Below are positions 1-15,977 of a stretch of DNA of 64,000 bases, in pieces; within the stretch, counting starts at the first letter, position 1; every line of letters starts with the position of its first letter. The notes under the pieces are model-generated. The model ran no database searches. It was not told where the DNA came from and saw only the letters and a list, made by a program, of their open reading frames with translations. The DNA is from Eledone cirrhosa (taxonomy: Eukaryota). The stretch lies in contig OZ024743.1 in assembly GCA_964016885.1 (NCBI GenBank), forward strand, positions 253,580,001 to 253,644,000, written 5' to 3'. Position numbers and translations under genes: made by a program.

Positions 1-68
1 ATGGTTTTTTAACTAATGGTACATTTTTATTATACAATCAAGTTTATAATTTACTGGTGTGTGTAGTG

Positions 69-122
<54 letters not shown>

Positions 123-142
123 TATATGTTTGCATATGTATA

Positions 143-285
<143 letters not shown>

Positions 286-2237
286 TGTATTATGTTATAA
301 TATTACTTTATATTTTTCTCATCATTTGCCTTTGTGCTTTGGCATAACAAAAGGAAATAAAAATAAAAACAAAAAGCGAACATAAAGACACAAAATCGAT
401 ACTATATCAGATGTATAAAAGAGTAGATCGATAAATTTACACAAAAATCAATCAAAAGACATTAGTATTTTATGAGAACCTGATAATTTAATATTGCTTG
501 CTTGCACCCACCAACACATGCATTCACATCTGCATAACTACCTACACATATACAAGTGTTCATACAACACAGTAAGTATTACATTTGTATCGATATATGT
601 ATATCCATACTGAGACTTATAGTAGTTGCATTTTCTATTTTACATGTTACGTACGACTGTGTTGAAAGTTTAACTATTTTAAACTAGTTTACGTTTTCCA
701 TATTTTTTTTTCTTTCGTGTCTCTCGCAATTTTTTTGGAACATTAAAGATATGAAATCTGTCAAAATTGTTTCTATACTTTCGCCGTTCAGTAGCCAACA
801 GAACTTCACATTCTGATTATGAAACTGCGAACATCGAGTAGCATCTGCACAATAGGGTGTACTAAATATTTGAAAATATAATTATAACAACATATGCGAA
901 TTTCTGAGCAGGTGTCCACATAGGTCTCTGGCCTGTAGACGCTCACACCCACACTTTCTCGTTGTCTGTCTCTGTAGGTATTACCACATCACTTCCATCA
1001 TCCTCGTGTAGCTGTTGTATCTTTCTGTCTATAGCTCTTGCGCACGCGCACCCCCTCTCTCTCTCTTTCTCTCTCTTTCCCTCTCTGTTTCTCCCCCCCC
1101 CTCTCTTGCTCTGAGTAACCCTAATATATGTTTCGTAACAACGATAGTTAATATATGTCCTTGTGTATTAAAATAAAATAAATCGCAGAATCAACTATGC
1201 TGTTGTGAGTTCATATCGAAATCCCGTCAAAGAATTCGCGTACAAGAAGTTTAGGATGTGCTCTCTTAGACTAGAGGCCTTAGAGTGAGCCGATAAAAAA
1301 CATGTCCGGCCATGTTGCACCGTTCTGATTATCTTTTCCAGTTCTCTCATTTAGTTTCATTGGATCTGATCTCTTTTCAACAATTGTTAGATTTACATTT
1401 CTCGTAGCTCATTTGATTTACTGAAAATTGTTGCTTTTATTGTTGATTACGTTAATCTCCAGTTCAACATATATTATATACACGTGCGTCTACATGTGTA
1501 AGCAGGATACAGATACCTAAATATGGAATTCGTTACAACAGGTTACTGCCTTCATTTGTCTTTTAAAAGGATTTCATTGCCAACGCCACAATCGTTACTA
1601 TAATTGGCACCACCATCTATGAGAGACAGGGATGGATGGAGGAATCGTGTCGTAGAAAGCCGAGCAAGCTCGACCTGATGATAATGATCTCTACAAACAA
1701 CATCATCATTAATATAACTGCTACCACAATCAACACCGTCATAACCACCATAACCACCATCACCACCAACACTACCAACGCCATCTTAGCTACAATAACC
1801 CAAACAACCATCATCATCATTATTATCACCACCGCTATCATACCATCACCACCATCATCATCATCATCAATAATTCCGCCGCCGCTGTCAACCACTATAC
1901 ATTGAAACCTCATACGTTATTACATACGTTATGCATTCTCCATGTAAACGATAGAATTTATCCGGCTATAACATACACGCACAAACATATGCAGTGTATA
2001 TCCGTTTTACACAAGTAAATGTTTAGTAGGGCCTGGTGTGTTTGTGGATACAAACACATACATACAGACCTGTACACACAATTATACATACATACATCCC
2101 TACACACACACACACTCACACACACATACATACATGGATACATGCATATATATATATTTTTTTTCACATACACACGGACATATATACACATCTATACAAA
2201 CTTGTAGTTGATATCTGTTTTACACACATACACTCAC

Positions 2238-2278
<41 letters not shown>

Positions 2279-3522
2279 GACGTATATATTGACTGGATCA
2301 TTTGTTGACGATTAGAGATTTGTTAATTTGTTTAAGATGTACAAATATTGCAAAGGTTGTTTACCCTGAGGGATATATTGATTTGGAAATTGGTTAGCAT
2401 CTAGGATTTAATGGAAAGACGAGGAGAGAGGAAGAGTGAGAATGAGTGGATGGGTGAGTGGCATAGATGGGTAGAAAGTGATAGAGAGGGAGGAAGAGGG
2501 TGAGAGAGAGAGCAAGGAAGAGCGGCACAGTGGTTGAGGGGTGTGTGGTGGATGATAGGGAGAGAAAGTAAAAGAGTAAGCCAAGGTAATGTAGGGAGGG
2601 AAAGAACGTGTAAGGAGAAAACAAGAGAAAAGTGTGTTTGTGTGTAAAGTGAGAGCATAGAGAGATAGAAGAGGAGAAGTGGAGAGAGAATGACTGTGAT
2701 GGCGACAGAGCGGCAGGGGACATAAACAGAGAGGTAAAGTGAGGGAAATGGACAATGGCATAAGGCGTGAAAGCGATGGGGTAAGAAACAAAAGCAACAG
2801 TGAGAGGGAAAGGTAAATGAGAGAGAGAGAGAGGGCGGCGATAGAATTTAAAGGAACGGAAAGAGAGAAAGTAAGAGAGCAAAAAAGGAAGAAAGTGTAG
2901 AAGCATATATCCCCCACAGTGACGTTTATAATACCCGGCTCGCCAAACTTCACGCATTTTACGGTAATTTCCAATATTTTAAAAGTTCTTTCACGTTTAC
3001 GATATTTTGTGCTTACGTTCACATTTTTTAGTTTCGCGGTCTTCTGGCTTGGCCTTGTGGTTATGATGTTGAACTCATAAACATAATATCGTAGGTTCGA
3101 TTCTTAGAACAGGTAGAGTGTTGTAATCTTGAAAAAAATGCATCACTTAAATTTGCTCCAATACATTCAGCTGAAAATTAGTACCAGCGGTAACTGGAGC
3201 TTAAACTTACGATGAACAGGCTTCATGTTCAGGACGAAGTCATTCACTCTCAGTTTCTTAACGCCGATGAAACTTATAACTGCGGATAAGCACCAGCCTG
3301 ATCGCTTTAGACAGACTCTAACTAACATTTTTTTAAAGTAGCTGATTCCGACGTTTGTAAGAATGACATGCTGTCGTTGCTTTAAACTGGACTCCCTTAT
3401 TGTTTAATTGTATAACCAAACCAATGATCATTGAAAATATACCCATGACGAATAGATAATTTCCGGCGTGGTTATATTGGAATGCTATCATTTATTATAA
3501 TGTTATACTTGTTTACTTTGTA

Positions 3523-3577
<55 letters not shown>

Positions 3578-3582
<5 letters not shown>

Positions 3583-4402
3583 AGCGAAGCAAGCGGTTAT
3601 TAAACAATTTTCTAAATAAATTAAAAAAACGATTCAAATAATCACCTGTTCCATTGCTGTTACAGACGGTTTCATCATTCCGAAAGATTGGAAATCCAGA
3701 GAATTTCCAATGGAAAAATATGAATCTTCAGACAGCCTATTTCCACACCATAAGGTTGCAAGTCCCATAGTAAGTAAATATTTTGCTTTCTGCCCAACGC
3801 ATGCGGTTAAGCCGTTAAAATGACACACGCAAAATCAGGTCGCAGATAATAGCTGTATATTATAAACATGTTGATATTGCCACTAAAATTAGCAGCATTA
3901 TTCAACGTTTTGTTCTCTACATAAGGAGAAAAATTATAAAAGTGGATGAATACCTCAACAGGTACAATGTACTTGTAGAAATATGCAATTTGTTTATAAT
4001 ACATGTGGTTCAATTGTACTAATTCCAGATGTGCGACCTGATTTTGCGTGTGTGTCATTTTAACGGCTTGACCGCATGCGTTGGGCAGAAAGCAAAATAT
4101 TTACTTACTATGGGGCTTGCAACCTTATGGTGTGGAAATAGGCTGTCTGAAGATTCATTTCTTTCCATTGGAAATTCTCTGGATTTCCAATCTTTCGGAA
4201 TGATGAAACCGTCTGTAACAGCAATGGAACAGGTGATTATTTGAATCGTTTTTTAATTTATTTAGAAAATTGTTTAATAACCGCTTTCTTCGCTACATTT
4301 TATACTGTCCTGGCATCTCGAATTAGTACCATTGAACCACATGTATTATAAACAAATTGCATATTTCTACAAGTACATTGTACCTGTTGAGGTATTCATC
4401 CA

Positions 4403-4408
<6 letters not shown>
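3578..4408 (+). mobile_element. Fold-back non-coding hammerhead element (family A) in (TA)n
   Basis: Inverted arms 3581-3844 / 4032-4296; tail 4297-4408 also present inverted at 3935-4031; (TA)n on both sides. Confidence 0.85.
4142..4222 (+). ncRNA. Type I hammerhead ribozyme (mirror copy 3656-3736 on minus)
   Basis: GCTGT-CTGAAGA-long stem II (TCATTTC/GGAATGA plus ATTGGAAAT/ATTTCCAAT)-GAAA-CCGTCTG-TA-ACAGC. Confidence 0.75.
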
Positions 4409-4458
<50 letters not shown>

Positions 4459-4461
<3 letters not shown>

Positions 4462-5035
4462 CAAATCGTTTATCGCTCTACATGCCTGAACACAATTAAT
4501 GTAATCTGAATTTTCCGAATATTGATAATAATACTACAGTTCTGGTTAAATGCCAACACAAGAGCAAGAATGACGATTTCACTCTACTGACATGGCTTTA
4601 AAGAGGCTGTTTGTATAGTTACAAACGAATCGAATATTATTATTATTATTCGAAAAACTCAGATTATATTTATTGTACTCCACCATGTAGAGCGATAAAC
4701 GATTTATTTGTTATTTGAATATGACCTGTCTGCTGATATGCAAATCTGGCTGATCAGTGGGTCTGCTAATTTTCAAAACACGCCGATCAATCACTGTACA
4801 TTTTAGAATATATGTTTTCAGTAGCTCTGACAGTTGGCAGATAAACAGTATACTGCACTGAAGAAGGGTAATCACTCAGAAACAACAGTATCTGCAGTTC
4901 TGTTTCAGTGGCAACACAAGAGCAACAACGACGGGTTCATTCTACTGAGATGGCTTTAAAGAGGCTCTTTACATTATTGCAAACGAATCGAATATTATTA
5001 ATAATATTCGAAAAACTTAAAGTACATTTATATAC
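4459..5035 (+). mobile_element. Older tandem + inverted non-coding element (family B) with a degenerate hammerhead at 4852-4898
   Basis: 4460-4535 is inverted relative to 4640-4715; 4538-4670 is repeated directly at 4895-5030; ACTGCA-CTGAAGA-AGGGTAATCACTCA-GAAA-CAACAGTATC-TGCAGT. Confidence 0.6.
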
Positions 5036-5399
5036 ATATGTGTGTGTATAAACCTATATTTGTCTTAATAGGCATGTTTTTCAGTGACTTCTCAACATGA
5101 CTGCAACTCAATCAAGCGAAAAAGGACACTCTTCTACAAACCTACATTTAGCGCCAAACCAGTTCGCGCTAAAATCAATTTTTAACATTCACGTGACCTC
5201 TACCGACCAATCAAAATTGTTTTGACTACCAGAATTTTTGCAACACGAATTGGCACGAAATTTATAGTACCTATTCACGTGACATTCAACAACCAACCAA
5301 ATTTGAATACATCTAGAGCCACTTTTTCACATAAAACAGGAAGAATTTCCAAAACTAATCAGATTAGAGCAAACATCACGGGCGCTCTATCTCAAAATT

Positions 5400-5437
5400 A
5401 TTTTTGAAAAGCATTAGAAATGCGCAACCGGTAAAAA
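5400..5437 (+). ncRNA. Degenerate minimal hammerhead, U3-A8 core
   Basis: TTT-TTGAAAA-GCAT tagaa ATGC-GCAA (for GAAA)-CCGG-TA-AAA; upstream TCACGTGAC x2 and CCAAT motifs at 5188-5300. Confidence 0.5.
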
Positions 5438-5603
5438 TTTCAAACTAAAACTGAATACTAAACAATACTTATTGCTAATTTATATTTATTCCTAATTAAA
5501 CTATTTTTCACTGGGAAAAATTTGTCACCATTTCCTTTTCCTTTTTACTAATATATCACAACTCGTGTGTCACACCTCTATTTTTTTAAATATATATATA
5601 TAT

Positions 5604-5935
5604 ATTAATAAAAGGAATTCCAACTTTGTCTGATTTATTCGTTTTATTTACAATCCTTTAAAATGTATAATGGTATTAGAATGAAATAGTATGGTAGAAT
5701 ATTAAATGTTAAGTGTTAATTGAACAAGTACTTTCATGCTTTCGCTATCTTCAGGTTCATATTCTGTGGTGACAGTCAAGTTTGTTCAATTAACACGTAA
5801 CATTTAATATTCTACCATACTATTTCATTCTAATACCATTATAAATGTTAAAGGATTATAAATAAAACGAGTAAATCAGACAAAGTCGGAATTCCTTTTA
5901 TTAATATAATCTTCTATACACAATCATAAACACCC
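5604..5935. mobile_element. Fold-back element (family C) with a hammerhead in the spacer
   Basis: Inverted arms about 5604-5727 / 5782-5908, next to short TA runs. Confidence 0.8.
5721..5759 (-). ncRNA. Minimal type I hammerhead
   Basis: TGAAC-CTGAAGA-TAGCgaaaGCAT-GAAA-GTAC-TT-GTTCA; palindromic stem III AGTACT. Confidence 0.75.
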
Positions 5936-5944
5936 GTGTATATT

Positions 5945-5978
<34 letters not shown>

Positions 5979-6046
5979 CATATATATATATACAGATCAC
6001 GTTATATAAAGAAATTGATTTTAAAAAAGGTTTTGAAAAGCGCACC

Positions 6047-6113
<67 letters not shown>

Positions 6114-6294
6114 TGTTTTTTATAACATGTACAAATGTTGATGCTAAAAATTTATGTTTATCAAAGCCTGCTTTCTCCGTATCGGATTATCAAAACATTT
6201 CTTTTTAGGTTAAATTGTTTTTCTGGTTAACACTGCTTCATTCAAAAGGCAATAAATATTAATATTTAAGCCTCCTAGAACCCAAATCCAAAAT

Positions 6295-6650
6295 AGATAA
6301 AAAGGTCATACCATACATCTCAACCTTCAACCACCAAAACACAGAAGTCTATACATACAACTAAACTTACCTATACTACAAAAAGACAAGAAAGTGAAAA
6401 TCCTCTTTAAAAAAGATCTTATTATTTAGAGTTAACGACAGCCGAAATCAATTTAAAAATACCGACAAGGGAAGAGCAGCAAACCCCATTTACAGGACCT
6501 CGTGTGAAAAGAGTCAACCGACCCGATTGCGGAATATGCAATTACCTATTAGAATGCCATGAATTTCACTTCAAAGAAGAACCAATCATCAATATTAGAA
6601 AAAGCATCTCGTGCAAATCGGAAAAATTATATTAAGTCATAAACTGTTTC
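6295..6650 (+). pseudogene. Penelope-like element fragment (RT thumb / Cys linker / start of GIY-YIG; Neptune-like)
   Basis: KVIPYISTFNHQN, RQPKS, RPDCGICNYL and SISCKSEKLY*VINC, with stops and frameshifts. Confidence 0.6.
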
Positions 6651-6846
6651 TGGCAACATGACAGGCAGTTGGTTTTTGTGTAATACTTCAGCAGACGGGT
6701 AGATTCAAACAGATGTATAGATTCAAATATATATGGTCATGTGCAGACAATAGTTGATATGTTTGAAGGATTCATAGTCTTGATTTATGTACATTTAGTA
6801 TTGGTTAAATCATGGTAAAAGTCTGGTAGATATGTACGGCCTCCCG

Positions 6847-6874
<28 letters not shown>

Positions 6875-6881
<7 letters not shown>

Positions 6882-7086
6882 GTGAGGTTATTTTTTTTTA
6901 AATGAAAAATAACCGAGGTGTCCTACACGAGTGAAAGTATGAAGAAAAAAAAATTAAATCGAAAATGCAACTGGAGTCTGATTTAAAAAAAATATATATA
7001 TTTATTTGGTTCCTTTACCGGTTCCGCAGTTCTTCTGCTTTTCAGAAGGTGAGTTGAGATGGAGGGTCTGTGGTTTTTCTCACATC

Positions 7087-7090
<4 letters not shown>
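6875..7090 (-). mobile_element. Single arm of hammerhead family D (degenerate motif 7012-7049)
   Basis: Homologous to 40557-40740 and 63623-64000; starts at (TA)n. Confidence 0.75.
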
Positions 7091-7129
<39 letters not shown>

Positions 7130-7230
7130 GAGAGAGAGAGAGAGAGAGTGAGTGAGTGAGAGAGAGGAAAAGAGTCAGGACACTGACGGCTGACCACCGG
7201 CCGTTTTGACAGCTTACCGCATCTTCTTTG

Positions 7231-7265
<35 letters not shown>

Positions 7266-7381
7266 AAAAACAAGATGTCGTGGGAGTTTCATTTACATTG
7301 TTTTCTTTTTCCTTCTAAATATTTTGAAAATTAGAAGCTTATTCCTCCATCACATTCACGCACTTCGTCTGATCCCCACAG

Positions 7382-7824
<443 letters not shown>

Positions 7825-7949
7825 TATTAATGTTGAATGTGAAGTTTATCAGAAATAGTTTCAATCTGCTTGTGGACACTAGCAATAAATAACATGAAAT
7901 TTCATTACAGAAGTAGTTTATTTACTTTTTATTTTATTCTATTTTTCTC

Positions 7950-8507
7950 ACACTATTATCATCATCATCATCACTACCATCGTCAACATTATCAGCACTA
8001 CCACCGTTACCACTATCATCATTATCAGCATTAACTTTGTCTCTATCACCATCATCAACATCATAAACATTATCATCATCACCACCAGCACCATCATTAT
8101 CCTCAACATAATCCTCATCATTGACAACCCCGCTGCCACTGGCATCAGCATCATCTATTTAATACGTTTTCTCTCCACTTCGCCACCACCATCAATAACA
8201 ACAAAAGCTACAATCAGTACCATCATCATCATCATCGTCATCCTTATCAACATCAACAGCACTTCTACCATCATCTTCATCGCTGCCGTCTTCACCACCA
8301 CCACCAACAACAACAACAAGATCAGCAACTACCACCACCACCTCATCACCATCAACGTCAACACCACTACTATCATCTTCACCGCAGCCACCACAGCCAC
8401 CACCACCACCACCACCAAAACAACAACAGCAGCAACCACCGCCAGCACCATCATTATCAACGTCACCCCCCACTACTACCATCATCTTCACCACCGCCAC
8501 CACCACC

Positions 8508-8538
<31 letters not shown>

Positions 8539-8975
8539 GCAGCAACCACCGCCAGCACCATCATTATCAACGTCAACACCACTACTACCATCATCTTCAC
8601 CACCGCCACCACCACCATCACCACCAACAACAACAACAGCAGCAACCACCGCCAGCACCATCATTATCAACGCCACCCCCACTACGAACATCATCTTAAC
8701 CACCGCCACCACCACCACCACCAACAACAACAACAGCAGCAACCACCGCCACCACCATCACCATCAACGTCAATACCACTACTAACATCATCTTCACCAC
8801 AGCCACCACCACCACCAGCACCACCACCAACAACAACAACAGCAACTACCACCGCCAGCACCATCATTATCAACGTCAACACCACTACTACCACCATCTT
8901 CATCACCACCACCACCAACAACAACAGCAACCTCCATGATCACCCTCATCATCAACATCATCACCACAACCATCA
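7950..8975. repeat. (ACC/AAC/ATC)-rich degenerate minisatellite, unit about 100-110 bp
   Basis: Recurring accaccgccagcaccatcattatcaacgtcaacaccactact motif. Confidence 0.8.
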
Positions 8976-9496
8976 CGTAAATGACAGCCCCTACCCCCAC
9001 TCCCCCATATACTTCGTTTGTCGCTCTCTTGTCTCTCCTCTCCTCTTCTATTACTAAGTAAAAAGCTTTTTAGATTATTAAATAAATTCAAAATATTATC
9101 GAAATGGCTTATGACTTTCTCATAAAATTCTCTTTAGGGAACCACCAGATACACCTTAATGAATTAATGGAGTCGTTTACTTGTTGTCGCTCCTGGGAAT
9201 TCAACCAGGCAAAGCAAGTTAAGGCAACGCAACTACTGTTCGGAAATATTTGTTTCATGCACAATTAGAGAAGTCAAATTTTGCGCATTCCCCTGATATA
9301 AAAATGTTTGTAACAAATTAGATCATTGTTGCATATAACACCCCGCTTTCCAATGGGACTTTATTTTAAAAGACACAGATACATACATATATACGTGTGT
9401 GTAGAATGTGTTTGTAAGTGTGTGTTTGTAGCCATATGGTAGGGATGATAATCTTAGTCGCATATACATATATACATGCATGCACACTCACACGCG

Positions 9497-9527
<31 letters not shown>

Positions 9528-9554
9528 ACACACACACACATATTTATATATATG

Positions 9555-9585
<31 letters not shown>

Positions 9586-9596
9586 AAACTTATATA

Positions 9597-9657
<61 letters not shown>

Positions 9658-9676
9658 GTATATATGTATATATATG

Positions 9677-9737
<61 letters not shown>

Positions 9738-10171
9738 CCTCATGTGCTTTTTCATAAATACACATGAAGGCGAACTAGCCAGTTTTAGAATTCCCTTTTT
9801 CGGATTATATTACTGTGAGAGCCCTGGTTTTCTGTTGAGCTCTGCTGATGATTGAAATTCCAACCGTGACCATCTCCACTGAAAGTTTTCATGAAATAGT
9901 CTTTTAAGACTATACAGAGCATTTGATGTTATTCCAAATTGAAGGATAAGTGTTTCAAACTTTATTTTATCATGAGTTAAAGGTCTATAGATTTTCCCTG
10001 GATTTTACTAAATTCTGTGGATGAATTTATATCCTGATTCTCTTTTGAGATGAGTTTGAGTTATTTTTCCTAAATCTTTCGTTAACTACTTTTCCCATCT
10101 TGACGTTATAGTCGCATATATATGTTATAGAATGCCGTTAGCTTCTTGCAAAAACAATCTCTATACCTCTC

Positions 10172-10230
<59 letters not shown>

Positions 10231-10238
10231 CATATATC

Positions 10239-10324
<86 letters not shown>

Positions 10325-10452
10325 ATTGTTTCTACTTTAGGACCAAGGCCAGCAATTTTCCAGTACATTACTGGTACTGTATATATATACATAATGTATA
10401 TCCATCTCGTATGGATATAATCATAGTCATTATTACTTGTGTGTTTGAGTGC

Positions 10453-10531
<79 letters not shown>

Positions 10532-10931
10532 TATGTATGTGTGGAGAATCTCTCTGACTCTCCGTATGTCTATGTGTGTGCCTGTGTGTGTGTGTGTGTG
10601 TGTGCGTGTCGCGAAGTAATTAAGAAGTTTGTTTCACAATCATAAGTTTCCACGTTGGTTCCACTGTACGGCAGTTAGGGTAAGTGTGATTTACCATAGC
10701 CTCAGAAAAAGCCAAACGTTGTGACGGAAACTTGACAACACAGCTGGATTGTTAACCCTGCAATGGATTGGCGTCGTGTTCGAATTTCAATTTTTGTACA
10801 ATTCTCGTGAAATATGTCACATCCATTCCACCCTGTAAATACGAAACTGTTGCTCACAACATCAATATAGATGTATCTATATTATTGTTCAGTTGAATAG
10901 GAGGTTAATTACATGTACAAACATTGATAAT

Positions 10932-10976
10932 GCTCCGATGATTCCAAACGAAAGTTTGGAAGAAACGATAGTCAGC
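10932..10976 (+). ncRNA. Minimal type I hammerhead, U4C core (CCGAUGA)
   Basis: GCT-CCGATGA-TTCCAAAC gaaa GTTTGGAA-GAAA-CGATAG-TC-AGC, then ATTAAA and (TA)n about 45 nt later. Confidence 0.8.
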
Positions 10977-11067
10977 TATTAAATGATTTGAACACAACTT
11001 TGATAATTGTCTAATTTATTTATATACATATACATATATATATATGTATGTGTGTGTGAGTGTATAC

Positions 11068-11179
<112 letters not shown>

Positions 11180-11212
11180 GTGTGTGTATACATTTACATA
11201 TATATATATATA

Positions 11213-11405
11213 TAGGAACAAGTAAGACCCCGACGGCTGAGCTCAAGCCGTTTCGACGGCTAATTCTGGACTGAATTAGCCGTCGAAACGGCTTGAGCTC
11301 AGCCATCGGTGTCCTACTCGTTCCTATTACCCACTCTACTACCCTAAGTATTGAGTACTTTGGTGCGTTATGGTCCACCTGATTCCTTACCACATTTCCT
11401 TCGTT
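11213..11405 (+). mobile_element. Mini palindromic derivative of family E in (TA)n
   Basis: About 55-bp inverted arms around CTGGACT plus an 80-bp tail; matches the termini of 48078-49971. Confidence 0.85.
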
Positions 11406-11947
11406 ATATATATATATATACATATATATATGTGTGTATCTATATATATATACATATATATATATATGTGTGTGTGCGTAAATATATATATATATATTAT
11501 ACATATAATCACACCTTTCAGAATTTTAAACTGTAAATAGGATACATATATACAACTATATATGCACACAGAGGAATACAGACTTGCAGATATACCCGAT
11601 ATATATATGTGTGGGTGTGTTTGTATGTGTATGTGTGTGTGTGTACGTGTGTGTGTGTGTTTGTGTGTCTCTGTGTGTGTGTATCAAGGTAATATGCAAA
11701 CTGTGTAAAGAGAAGTGTTTGTTTCTGTGTAAATACGATTATGATTATGTGTGTGACAGTTTGTATATATATATCACATAAATATTTGTGTTTATATATG
11801 TTTACTGTTTGATAACTCCAAAGAAAGTGAAAAAATATATATACATATATTTCAACCAATGAAATATATAGTTGTATAACGAAATATATTGAAACAAAAT
11901 ACTTCATGATGGATAACTTTAATTTAGTATTGATAAAGTCCTACAAA

Positions 11948-12033
<86 letters not shown>

Positions 12034-12209
12034 TCTCTCTCTCTCTCTCCACACACACACAGACTCACATATATATATTTGTTTGTGTGTTTATATAGAG
12101 AAAGAGAGAGGGAGCGCATGCGCAGACTAAGCACACAACACACACACAAAAACAAAATGGCGTAGGACAGAACAAAGGAGAGGCACAAAAACAAAGAAAA
12201 GAATCCCCA

Positions 12210-12252
12210 GTCACTGAAGAGGTCACAGAATGTGTGACGAAAGAACTTTGAC
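12210..12252 (+). ncRNA. Minimal type I hammerhead
   Basis: GTCA-CTGAAGA-(G)GTCACA gaatg TGTGAC-GAAA-GAAC-TT-TGAC. Confidence 0.75.
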
Positions 12253-12398
12253 AATATATAAACAGCTATCTGGTTGTGGTACCAACCAACCAACCAGAAA
12301 TTTATGAATTCCTAAATTTATAAATTCATTATAATAAATTGAAGTGAAAGCAACTGGTGCGTGTGTTTCTTATTGGCAACATGACCTTCCCAAAGTAT

Positions 12399-13229
<831 letters not shown>

Positions 13230-13277
13230 ATAATAATATTCTTTGCTTAAACTTTAATCTGTTATTTTAATAAATAA

Positions 13278-14018
<741 letters not shown>

Positions 14019-14025
14019 CATACAT

Positions 14026-14142
<117 letters not shown>

Positions 14143-14200
14143 AAGGCTCTGATACCTTCAACACCATAAACACAGAGCTGGCATATCTAAGAACTGGCTA

Positions 14201-14256
14201 ACTGCCTGATGAGGTCATAGCCATTCAATGGCTATCATCGAAATATATATAGTAGT
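14201..14256 (+). ncRNA. Minimal type I hammerhead, canonical core
   Basis: ACTGC-CTGATGA-G..ATAGCCAT tca ATGGCTAT..C-GAAA-TATATA-TA-GTAGT followed by AATAAA, inside a ~165-bp insert between (TA)n tracts. Confidence 0.85.
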
Positions 14257-14297
14257 AAATAAAGGATTATTAGTTCATGCAATTGACTTATGTTTCG

Positions 14298-14369
<72 letters not shown>

Positions 14370-14784
14370 TAACAGATTAAAGTTTAAGCAAAGAATCGCT
14401 GCTTTCACCCTTAACGGGATCTTCTGAAATTAACAAAGTCAATCTGTAAACGCAGAACTGGATATTTCAAAAAACGTTGCAACCGGAGGAAGACAGGAAG
14501 ACGATACTTTGGTTCGTGGAAACGTTCGCTGGCTAAGAACGGGGAAAAACGAATATAATACGTCATTAATAGGAGTGGTGAAAAACAATTACGCGCAAAG
14601 ACAGAACCACGTTTATGGTATAAAAGAGGTCGTAGACTAATGTTCCCTTAGGTGGTGCATAGAGACGTTCTCTGGCAATGAACAAAAAAATCGAAGATAA
14701 TACGTAATGTGTGGAGCGTGGAAAACAATACCACGCAAAGACAAAACCACGTAAATGGTATAGCAGAAGTCGTATATATATATA

Positions 14785-15372
14785 TAATAACTAGAAATTG
14801 ATTAACATATATATAAATAAATATAAACATGAATAATCACAGGAGATAATTTCTACAAGCGTGTAACCATGCATGGCTAGTAGGTAACGAATAAATAAAG
14901 TTAACTAGAACTTCAAAAATAGATACCTTTTAATGATTAATCTTCCCCGAATATATTCCATTAAAGAAATATATTTCACCAATTAATCAGATGGTAAGTC
15001 ACAGGAAGTGGATATTATTGGATTATCAACAAGGAAGAACAATATTTCAGCAATCCGTGTTTACACTTCGAGTCAAAATTTTCAACTGGCCGCTATCACG
15101 TGTTGTTTTTACACATCACAGCGGCTTCGTCTCAGTGGCGTGAATAGGTATTCGACAACTAGAAATAGCAGTCAATTCTTTTCAACAGAGTTAGCTCTAC
15201 AATTAAGGAGCCGTATTTATATATCTATATCCAAAATTAAGATAAATCAAATGAATTCGGACCTACATAATCTCTGAGCTTATTTTCCGGGCGATATGGC
15301 GCATGCCGTTAAGGCTTGACACCCACAATTTCGATTTGGATTAAATTCATTTAATTTATCTTAATTTCGGAT
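14785..15372 (-). mobile_element. Hammerhead family F copy (motif 14941-15038, core UUGAUAA)
   Basis: Stem I TCTTCCTTG/CGGGGAAGA, TTGATAA, TCCAA/TTGGT, GAAA, long stem III; inverted tail at about 15255-15372. Confidence 0.8.
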
Positions 15373-15394
15373 ATATATATATATATATATATAT

Positions 15395-15584
15395 ACCGAA
15401 GGAAATGTGGTAAGGAACCAGGTGGACCATAACGCACCAAAGTACTCAATACTTGGGGTAGTAGAGTGGGTAATAGGAACCAGTAAGACCCCGACGGCTG
15501 AGCTCAAGCCGTTTCGACGGCTAATTCTAGTCCAGAATTAGCCGTCGAAACGGCTTGAGCTCAGCCGTCGGGGTCTTACTGGTT

Positions 15585-15588
<4 letters not shown>
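15395..15588 (-). mobile_element. Second mini palindromic derivative of family E
   Basis: Reverse-oriented copy of 11213-11405 with the same fold-back point; perfect arms. Confidence 0.88.
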
Positions 15589-15620
<32 letters not shown>

Positions 15621-15917
15621 TTTATATATTTATATATATACATTTCACTCATGCGAAAATATAATACTCGTCTCTCTCTCTCTCTCTCTCGGCCCCGAAT
15701 TTACTCTTTTTCGCCCATGCTTCCCCTCTCCACTTTTATATTCATCTATCTACCTATCTATACCTGTTCTGTCATTGGGTTGTTTTAAACATTTCCATGT
15801 TCCTTTCTTTATAAACCTATATATCATCGTTACAGACCTGTATTGGAGGTTGTATCAATAGCAGCAGTAATAATAGCAGTAGTATTAGTAGCAGCAGCTG
15901 TAGTATCAATAGTAACT

Positions 15918-15977
<60 letters not shown>

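Noticed and set aside
3634-4244. Paired near-identical ORFs on opposite strands (also 48219/49515 and 48491/49208)
   Set aside because: By-products of inverted repeats; no ATG start or recognisable protein features.
8200-8950. Regularly spaced repeats suggesting a CRISPR array
   Set aside because: Degenerate triplet minisatellite without unique spacers or cas genes, in a eukaryotic context.
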